A stretch of 64,000 nucleotides of DNA from assembly GCA_964016885.1 (NCBI GenBank), contig OZ024752.1, positions 34,286,001 to 34,350,000 of the forward strand. Reading direction: 5' to 3'. This document shows positions 56,109 to 64,000 of the stretch, one piece after another. A program made the translations under genes and the position numbers. The notes below the pieces were generated by a model. That model was not told the origin of the DNA. It ran no database searches and was given only the letters and a program-made list of their open reading frames with translations. The DNA comes from Eledone cirrhosa (lineage: Eukaryota). Within the stretch, counting starts at the first letter, position 1, and each line of letters starts with the position of its first letter.

Positions 56109-59100
56109 CTACAGGCTGAGGTAGAGAGAAGGCCCATTCACACGGGCCATTCTCGCAACTTTCACCCACCTTTCATAAAACTGGCTGGAGTGGAGCACCT
56201 CTCTCTCCATCCTGATCCTTCTTCCGAAATGGTATCGGAAGAAAAGGACCAGTTGTTGGCCGGAGAGAAAGGTGTCCGACCTCAGCCCTTTCAGACGCGT
56301 CCACCATATAGCCTCTTTTACCATGGCTATTACACAGAGGAAGACCGCCTCTCCTTCATTTTTGAAGGGGGGAGGCGGCTTGATCGTTACAATGGACTCG
56401 GTGGTCAACCTAATTGGTCCCACCCGTGACAGCAGTTGTTCAACATAGCCCCACAGATCGGCAACGCCCGGGCAGTGCACCAATGCGTGCGCGACGGTTT
56501 CCTCGTCGCGCACGCATCTGGGACAGATCTTTCTCGAGGGGTCCCTACCCGGGCGCCCGTGTCTGTAGAGCTTATCCCGAACGGGCAGAGCCCCTCGGTA
56601 GCACTGCCAGGCCAAGGACTTCTGGAAGTTGTCCATAGGTCCCGGGCCGAAAGTCCTACCGAATAGACTGGCCAGTTCGTCCTCCTCCATGCCTAGGGCT
56701 TCTCCGAGGGCGTCGTCGCACCCGCTAACCACCAGCCCTCTATAGAATGACGAGGTGGAGTCTCCGTCGATAGCCGGGTCCGCCTGCCAGAGAGCCGTGA
56801 GCGCCTGGGCACACTCGGTGTGCCAGTCGCCCAGTTTTCTCGGTCTTTGCTTCACCCAGGACTGCAGCTCGGTGAGCGAGACGAGCCTCGGGAAGGCTCG
56901 CCTCACAAACGGGGCCCACACCGGTTGACCGGTGAGGAATACGTGGAGGTGCCTTAGCCTCAATGCGTGTTTACGCATTTTTAGCCACGGCATCCCCAGC
57001 CCTCCTTTCAAAGGGTGTTGACAGCAGATGGATCTCCTCACTAGAGGAGACCTCTTCTTCCAAAGGAAATAAAAGAGGGCGCGCTCCATTTTGGCGAGGA
57101 TCTCACCCGGGCAAGGTACGACAGTCAAGCGGTAATAGATGACGGACGCTATGTAAGCGTTCGCCACCTCCGCCCGACCTTTTAGGGATAGTTTGCACTC
57201 GGCCCACTTCTGGGTCAGTGCAAACACCCTATTCGTCACCTCACCCCAGTTTTTCTCCACCTGGAGGTCCGGTCCGAACCAGACCCCAAGCAACTTCACC
57301 GGGCCCTCCGTCCACCGTCCGACGATACCGTCGCACGACATCGCTTTGCCCCTCCACTCGCCGAGTTGCAAAGCGACTGACTTGTCCCGGTTCAGCTTAG
57401 CCCCTGTCAACCTTTCGTACTCCTCTAGTAAGGTGCCGATTGCCTCGATTTCCGAGGCGGTCGACACCATTACCGTTACGTCATCGGCGTAGGCCGACAC
57501 CGCTTTGCGCAATCCCGGTTCCAAAGGGATGCCCTGCAACAACTACAACTTCCGCAGTAGTGGCTCGAGAGTCAATACATACAGAAGGGAGGAGAGAGGG
57601 CACCCCTGTCGGATGGAGCGGGTGATTTCGAACGGCTCCGAAAGGTAGCCGTTCACCTTGATTCTAGAGCAGATGCGGCTGCTGTGCATGGCAGTGATCC
57701 AGCCCCTGAAAACGGGTCCGAACCCAGCCGCCGCTAGCACCGCATCCAGGTAACCATGGTCCACCCTATCGAACGCTTTAGACTGATCTAAATTTATCAG
57801 GGCCCCACCAAAGCCGTGTTCGTTCCCAACCCTCTCTATGATGTATCGCATGAGGTGGAGGTTGTCGTGGATGGACCTGGACGGGATAGCGCATGTCTGC
57901 GCATCTCCCACCAGGCCCCCCACGACAAGCGCCAACCTCTTCGCTAACACCTTCGCCAAAATCTTTAACTCTGCATTTAGCAGAGTTATGGGCCTAAAAT
58001 TACTAATGTCATCCCCCTTGTTCTCGTCCTTCCTCACTAGCGAGACTACGCCCTTGGTCACAGAACAGGGAATTCTCCCGTTCTGTTGCCAGTTGCAGTA
58101 GACCGCCTCGAGGAGATCGGGGAACAAGTCCGGCATATTAATATATAGTTCGTAGGGCAGACCATCGAGTCCTGGAGATTTGCGTTTGCCGCATAGGCTC
58201 AGCACGTCCCCTATTTCAGCAGCTGAGATCGGCCCGTCGCAGGACCTCGCCTCCCTGTCCGAAAGACGCGGCAGGCCGTCGAGGTATGGACCGAAATCCA
58301 CATCTCCAACCGGCTCCCCGCCCCTCCCGAACAATTGGGCAAAGTGCCTTTGAAAGGCCTCGCACATTTGCTTAGGTTCAAGGATCAGCCGTCCATCCTG
58401 GTCTCGCAAAGACCGGATAGTGGATTTAATCCCACTTTTCGCTTCTGTCACGCGGGCCCAGCTAACAGCTTTGGTCCCCTCGTTTCCCAGAGCACGTATT
58501 TTGCTTCGGACAACGCAGCCTTCGTGTTTCGCGTCGAAGAACTGGTTCAAGACCGTTCTCGACGCTTGCACTCTGGCCACGTTGCCGCTTCTCATTGCCT
58601 CTTCAACATTAACTACCAACTCCCTTTCCTTCCTATTTCTATCTGAGGCTAACTCCTTACTAACTCCTATTGAAACTACTCTAATCTCTCTTTTTAGAGA
58701 GCCCCACCACCTGTTGTTGACGATGGCGCCCGTCAACTGCTCCTTAACTAAGGTTCTAATCCGGTCCCTGTAAGCTCTACTTGCCGGTAAGGACAAGTTG
58801 AGCTTCCAGTAACCGGGCCCCTGCCTATGCGTTCTATCAAGGTGGACTACGCAGGTCACTAACTTGTGGTCTGAATAGCCCACCATGAGCATTTCTGGAC
58901 AACTTAAAAAGTCCCTATCCTTAATTCTAACTAAGAACCTATCTAGGTACGATCTAGATTGACCACTGTTATTTGACCAGGTCCAGGTTGGTACAGTCGG
59001 AAAATCTAGTCGGTATCTATCGGCCAGGTCGAATCGGCCGATTAACCCCTTAAGGCTGTTACACCCCCCTCTATCGGGACATGCCCCTACATAGTCCCAA

Positions 59101-59546
59101 CGTGCATCTAGGATACCATTCCAGTCCCCCACTAAAAGCAAGGAGCGGGACGTCCCTAGAAAAGTCTCCAGACGATGGAAGAAGTCCGACCGCATTGCCC
59201 CAAAAGGGGCGTATACGGCGACAAGCCTAAAAGCTTCGCCTTCGCCATTGCCAAGGTCCAGAACCACGAGTCGACCCTCCGGGTCCAAGTGTACCGTCTG
59301 TGTAGCGAGACCCAGATGTTTTTGCAGCAGAACGACAACCCCACCCCCACCTCCAGGCTGACAGAGAGATGCGTGCATCTCAAAGTCATCAAAGGTGGGG
59401 GCTAGCTGTCGCATGCTGCTGATCCGGGCCTCGCAAATAACCATCACATTTACACATTGTGACCCGAGGTCACTTAGAAGTTTAGCTTGCTTCCAAGGTG
59501 AGCCCAGGCCACGCGCATTTAGACAACCTACTCTTAAGACAGCCAT
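56109..59546 (-). pseudogene. LINE ORF2 (APE endonuclease + reverse transcriptase + C-terminal Zn finger) broken by one in-frame stop at 57543-57545
   Basis: APE motifs LNARGL, GDWN, SYLDRF, SDHKLV; RT motifs FRPITLLN, DQSKAFD, RQGCPLS, YADD; CPRC..ETVAHALVHC; TAG here versus GAG in copy 2. Confidence 0.95.
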
Positions 59547-59569
59547 GTTGGTGGCAAAGAAAGAGGCAC

Positions 59570-61327
59570 TTACCTCTCTGCATCCCGGGGTTCGGGTCGC
59601 TCAGTTTCCATGGGGCTGGTGGAGGGGTTGATGGGTGGGGTGGTGGTTTGTGGTGGTGTGGGGGTATTAGTGTGTGGAGGGGTTGGGATCTTTGGAGTTG
59701 TGTGGGTGTTTGAGGAGGGGAGGGGAAAACCTTTCAGGAGGACGCGGTTGAGTGGCCTGGTGCAGGGTGGGCCCACGTCCTCAGGGTACATGTCTTTTAA
59801 AGTTTTAAAAATGTCAAGTGGGATTTTCACCATTTTCAGGTTAGGGAGCACCATTGCCGTTACGAAATTCGGCCCTTCGGTTTGTATCGAAGGGTTGGTT
59901 TCTATTTTTAAAGTTAGGTTTTCATTGTTTTTGTTTATGTATGTGTAGAGTTTTTGTGTTGTTGTGTTTGTTTTTGCTTGTTGTTGTTGAGTGAGTTTGC
60001 GTTTTATTGTCTGTGTTGTGTTGTCAGGTGGGGTTATTTTTGTTGTTGTGGTGTGTGTACGTTTTTTTCTTTTCACTTTTTGGAAGGGAGCCCCCTCGTC
60101 TTCCGACGATATGAGCTCCTCTTCCGTATTGGAGGGGAGGGGTATATCTCCGGGTTGTGTATGAACTGTTTTTGTATTTGTGTTCTGTGGGGTGGGGCTG
60201 GGTGGGACCGTGTTTTGGGTTGTTTTCTTGAGCTGTTGTTGATGTTGTTGTTGTTGTTGTGGTGGTGGTGGTGTTGTTGTTGGTTTTTGTTGTTCTGGTG
60301 GAGATGGTAGTGTATTTTGTTGTTTTTGTGATGGTGGTGCTGGTTGTTTTTGTTGTTGTTGTGGTGTTTGTAGCAGTGGTTTTTTAGTTGTTAGTAGAGG
60401 GCAGGCCATCCTCAGGTGACCTCTGCCAGCGCAGTGGTAACATGAGGGTCTCCTGCCTTCCACTGTGATATTTATGTAGGTTCGCCCATCCAGTAGCACT
60501 CGGTCGGGTATTCCGGAGATTCTCTCAGGTGTCATCTGTAAGAGAACCTCCAGACTTTTCCCCCCGAACAGTCCACTGGTGGACTCCCCTGCTGAAATTA
60601 GTATGTCCTTATCTAGGTCGGTAAATCCTGTTAGGACGGACCAGATGTTAATTTCTGGCGTAGGGCTCCACATTCTTATCCTTTGTGTTCTTCTTCCTTT
60701 ATATGTGGGGAAGAAGGTGTAATGTGGTGACACTATAGGTGCCACCGAATATTTCTGAGCCAGCATTTCGTCCTTCATTCGGACCATAATGCTGGCATAC
60801 AGCTTTCCTCTTTGAATAAAGAGTATGTCATTTTTAATTTCTTTCAGAACCAGCTTGATTTGACTTTCGGTCAATTGCGCTGGCTTTCTCGTTTCGTTGG
60901 TTATGGTTCTGTAGCTTACGGTATTCTTGTAAATCTGTTCACGCACTTCTTCTGGGGAGTTGATCGTAAAAGAACCATCCTCCCCAAAAGATACGTATTT
61001 TCTAGCCTCTAGCAAATTTTCCTTGGCGTTCGTGATGTCAATGGCTTTGTATTCCGTGGCTCTCCTAAGTGTTTGGGCAAAAGAAATTTTGTCTTTGTTT
61101 GTTGTTGTAATGTTGTTGGTTTCCTTATTTGTGGTGCTATTTTTTTCTTGAAAATTAATTTTTTCATTTGAATTGAAATTCTTTTTTTCATTGGAGAGGA
61201 GGGGTTGTTCAACAGTTTGAACTGTTGTTCCCTCTTTCCCGCTTGTTTTTTTGGTCGGCGTGGCGTTCGCTTCCAATATGGCGATATCGTTTTCGACGAT
61301 ATCGTTATCAACGATATCGATAAACAT
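59570..61327 (-). CDS. LINE ORF1 protein (585 aa) with CCHC zinc knuckle and Q/P/T-rich low-complexity region
   Basis: CYHCAGRGHLRMAC = CX2CX4HX4C; lies upstream of ORF2 with a 23-nt gap. Confidence 0.88.
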   Translation of the reverse strand: MFIDIVDNDIVENDIAILEANATPTKKTSGKEGTTVQTVEQPLLSNEKKNFNSNEKINFQEKNSTTNKETNNITTTNKDKISFAQTLRRATEYKAIDITNAKENLLEARKYVSFGEDGSFTINSPEEVREQIYKNTVSYRTITNETRKPAQLTESQIKLVLKEIKNDILFIQRGKLYASIMVRMKDEMLAQKYSVAPIVSPHYTFFPTYKGRRTQRIRMWSPTPEINIWSVLTGFTDLDKDILISAGESTSGLFGGKSLEVLLQMTPERISGIPDRVLLDGRTYINITVEGRRPSCYHCAGRGHLRMACPLLTTKKPLLQTPQQQQKQPAPPSQKQQNTLPSPPEQQKPTTTPPPPQQQQQHQQQLKKTTQNTVPPSPTPQNTNTKTVHTQPGDIPLPSNTEEELISSEDEGAPFQKVKRKKRTHTTTTKITPPDNTTQTIKRKLTQQQQAKTNTTTQKLYTYINKNNENLTLKIETNPSIQTEGPNFVTAMVLPNLKMVKIPLDIFKTLKDMYPEDVGPPCTRPLNRVLLKGFPLPSSNTHTTPKIPTPPHTNTPTPPQTTTPPINPSTSPMETERPEPRDAER

Positions 61328-61669
61328 TTCTCAAATATTTATTTTTCACCCCAAAAGGGGTGAAAATATATTTACCCGACGTCTAGAGTCCCAGACTAGG
61401 GGTTACAGTTAATTATACAAAAGAATTCAAAAAAATCCACTCACAAAATTAGCAGGTAAAAATCCAAATCACGGAGCGATATGACACACGTCTACTATCC
61501 TCAGACAGACAGACAGACAGATAGACAGGCAGATAGGGAAGATGTAAGTAAGCAAAGACACCTGACCAACCTTGCCTCAAGTGGCACAACTCCCGTCTAA
61601 CACAGACAGACAGACAGACAGACAAACAAACAAACAGACAGACAGACAGACAAACAAACAGACAGACAG

Positions 61670-64000
61670 ATTTCTGTTTATTTGCCACTAGGGCACAAAA
61701 GAAAGGGACATGTACATGGGTGGGGGGAGTTTACATAAAAATCGAGTAAGAAAAATATAACAAACAAAATAATAACAAGAAGGTCCTCAATAGGGAGGGA
61801 TCGTTTTGGGGTCACACACACCCCCGAAAAAAAGTGTGCGACCCTTCTCCACGGGAGCACAAAGAGAGGGTGCTCCCTTCTTTCTGTTCCACCTACAGGC
61901 TGAGGTAGAGAGAAGGCCCATTCACACGGGCCATTCTCGCAACTTTCACCCACCTTTCATAAAACTGGCTGGAGTGGAGCACCTCTCTCTCCATCCTGAT
62001 CCTTCTTCCGAAATGGTATCGGAAGAAAAGGACCAGTTGTTGGCCGGAGAGAAAGGTGTCCGACCTCAGCCCTTTCAGACGCGTCCACCATATAGCCTCT
62101 TTTACCATGGCTATTACACAGAGGAAGACCGCCTCTCCTTCATTTTTGAAGGGGGGAGGCGGCTTGATCGTTACAATGGACTCGGTGGTCAACCTAATTG
62201 GTCCCACCCGTGACAGCAGTTGTTCGACATAGCCCCACAGATCGGCAACGCCCGGGCAGTGCACCAATGCGTGCGCGACGGTTTCCTCGTCGCGCACGCA
62301 TCTGGGACAGATCTTTTTCGAGGGGTCCCTACCCGGGCGCCCGTGTCTGTAGAGCTTATCCCGAACGGGCAGAGCCCCTCGGTAGCACTGCCAGGCCAAG
62401 GACTTCTGGAAGTTGTCCATAGGTCCCGGGCCGAAAGTCCTACCGAATAGACTGGCCAGTTCGTCCTCCTCCATGCCTAGGGCTTCTCCGAGGGCGTCGT
62501 CGCACCCGCTAACCACCAGCCCTCTATAGAATGACGAGGTGGAGTCTCCGTCGATAGCCGGGTCCGCCTGCCAGAGAGCCGTGAGCGCCTGGGCACACTC
62601 GGTGTGCCAGTCGCCCAGTTTTCTCGGTCTTTGCTTCACCCAGGACTGCAGCTCGGTGAGCGAGACGAGCCTCGGGAAGGCTCGCCTCACAAACGGGGCC
62701 CACACCGGTTGACCGGTGAGGAATACGTGGAGGTGCCTTAGCCTCAATGCGTGTTTACGCATTTTTAGCCACGGCATCCCCAGCCCTCCTTTCAAAGGGT
62801 GTTGACAGCAGATGGATCTCCTCACCAGAGGAGACCTCTTCTTCCAAAAGAAATAAAAGAGGGCGCGCTCCATTTTGGCGAGGATCTCACCCGGGCAAGG
62901 CACGACAGTCAAGCGGTAATAGATGACGGACGCTATGTAAGCATTCGCCACCTCCGCCCGACCTTTTAGGGATAGTTTGCACTCGGCCCACTTCTGGGTC
63001 AGTGCAAACACCCTATTCGTCACCTCACCCCAGTTTTTCTCCACCTGGAGGTCCGGTCCGAACCAGACCCCAAGCAACTTCACCGGGCCCTCCGTCCACC
63101 GTCCGACGATACCGTCGCACGACATCGCTTTGCCCCTCCACTCGCCGAGTTGCAAAGCGACTGACTTGTCCCGGTTCAGCTTAGCCCCTGTCAACCTTTC
63201 GTACTCCTCTAGTAAGGTGCCGATTGCCTCGATTTCCGAGGCGGTCGACACCATTACTGTTACGTCATCGGCGTAGGCCGACACCGCTTTGCGCAATCCC
63301 GGTTCCAAAGGGATGCCCTGCAACAACTCCAACTTCCGCAGTAATGGCTCGAGAGTCAACACATACAGAAGGGAGGAGAGAGGGCACCCCTGTCGGATGG
63401 AGCGGGTGATTTCGAACGGCTCCGAAAGGTAGCCGTTCACCTTGACTCTAGAGCAGATGCGGCTGCTGTGCATGGCAGTGATCCAGCCCCTGAAAACGGG
63501 TCCGAACCCAGCCGCCGCTAGCACCGCATCCAGGTAACCATGGTCCACTCTATCGAACGCTTTAGACTGATCTAAATTTATCAGGGCCCCACCAAAGCCG
63601 GGTTCGTTCCCAACCCTCTCTATGATGTATCGCATGAGGTGGAGGTTGTCGTGGATGGACCTGGACGGGATAGCGCATGTCTGCGCATCTCCCACCAGGC
63701 CCCCCACGACAAGCGCCAACCTCTTCGCTAACACCTTCGCCAAAATCTTTAACTCTGCATTTAGCAGAGTTATGGGCCTAAAATTACTAATGTCATCCCC
63801 CTTGTTCTCGTCCTTCCTCACTAGCGAGACTACGCCCTTGGTCACAGAACAGGGAATTCTCCCGTTCTGTTGCCAGTTGCAGTAGACCGCCTCGAGGAGA
63901 TCGGGGAACAAGTCCGGCATATTAATATATAGTTCGTAGGGCAGACCATCGAGTCCTGGAGATTTGCGTTTGCCGCATAGGCTCAGCACGTCCCCTATTT
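61670..64000 (-). mobile_element. Tx1/L1-group retrotransposon, copy 2 (3' part; continues beyond window)
   Basis: Nearly identical to copy 1, offset 5784 bp. Confidence 0.95.
61893..63998 (-). CDS. LINE ORF2 C-terminal part (RT + Zn finger), uninterrupted; N-terminus outside window
   Basis: 698-aa open frame with complete RT motifs including YADD. Confidence 0.93.
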   Translation of the reverse strand: MGDVLSLCGKRKSPGLDGLPYELYINMPDLFPDLLEAVYCNWQQNGRIPCSVTKGVVSLVRKDENKGDDISNFRPITLLNAELKILAKVLAKRLALVVGGLVGDAQTCAIPSRSIHDNLHLMRYIIERVGNEPGFGGALINLDQSKAFDRVDHGYLDAVLAAAGFGPVFRGWITAMHSSRICSRVKVNGYLSEPFEITRSIRQGCPLSSLLYVLTLEPLLRKLELLQGIPLEPGLRKAVSAYADDVTVMVSTASEIEAIGTLLEEYERLTGAKLNRDKSVALQLGEWRGKAMSCDGIVGRWTEGPVKLLGVWFGPDLQVEKNWGEVTNRVFALTQKWAECKLSLKGRAEVANAYIASVIYYRLTVVPCPGEILAKMERALFYFFWKKRSPLVRRSICCQHPLKGGLGMPWLKMRKHALRLRHLHVFLTGQPVWAPFVRRAFPRLVSLTELQSWVKQRPRKLGDWHTECAQALTALWQADPAIDGDSTSSFYRGLVVSGCDDALGEALGMEEDELASLFGRTFGPGPMDNFQKSLAWQCYRGALPVRDKLYRHGRPGRDPSKKICPRCVRDEETVAHALVHCPGVADLWGYVEQLLSRVGPIRLTTESIVTIKPPPPFKNEGEAVFLCVIAMVKEAIWWTRLKGLRSDTFLSGQQLVLFFRYHFGRRIRMEREVLHSSQFYERWVKVARMARVNGPSLYLSL

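Larger units (their letters stand above)
55887..61502 (-). mobile_element. Full-length Tx1/L1-group non-LTR retrotransposon, copy 1 (~5.6 kb)
   Basis: ~175-nt 5'UTR, ORF1, ORF2, ~220-nt 3'UTR with AATAAA; flanked by (GACA)n-containing units. Confidence 0.93.

Noticed and set aside
56052-63885. Plus-strand ORFs overlapping the LINEs
   Set aside because: Short antisense shadows of GC-rich ORF1/ORF2 without recognisable motifs

Overview
This is repeat-saturated, non-genic eukaryotic DNA. The microsatellite load and SINE types suggest an octopus or other cephalopod (inference). No host protein-coding gene can be supported, and most ORF-track entries are translations of simple repeats. The only real coding capacity is a minus-strand Tx1/L1-group non-LTR retrotransposon present as two near-identical head-to-tail copies. 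Copy 1 (about 55.9-61.5 kb) is full length with one nonsense mutation. Copy 2 is intact over the visible part and runs off the window end. Three old 3' fragments of the family are also present; two of them, like both large copies, end in GACA/GATA microsatellites. The main hidden signal is about 22 type-I hammerhead ribozyme motifs (CUGANGA...GAAA...UH with paired stems I-III) at about 16 loci. They belong to many unrelated short non-coding elements, usually arranged as fold-back inverted repeats next to (TA)n tracts. This looks like a diverse population of non-autonomous Penelope-like/retrozyme-like elements. One element is terminally redundant (469-nt period), and one fold-back point maps to the predicted ribozyme cleavage site. 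The window also holds many tRNA-derived SINEs, Tc1/mariner-type MITEs, a non-autonomous Helitron, and minisatellites derived from mobile elements. All structures were read by eye, with no folding or database searches.
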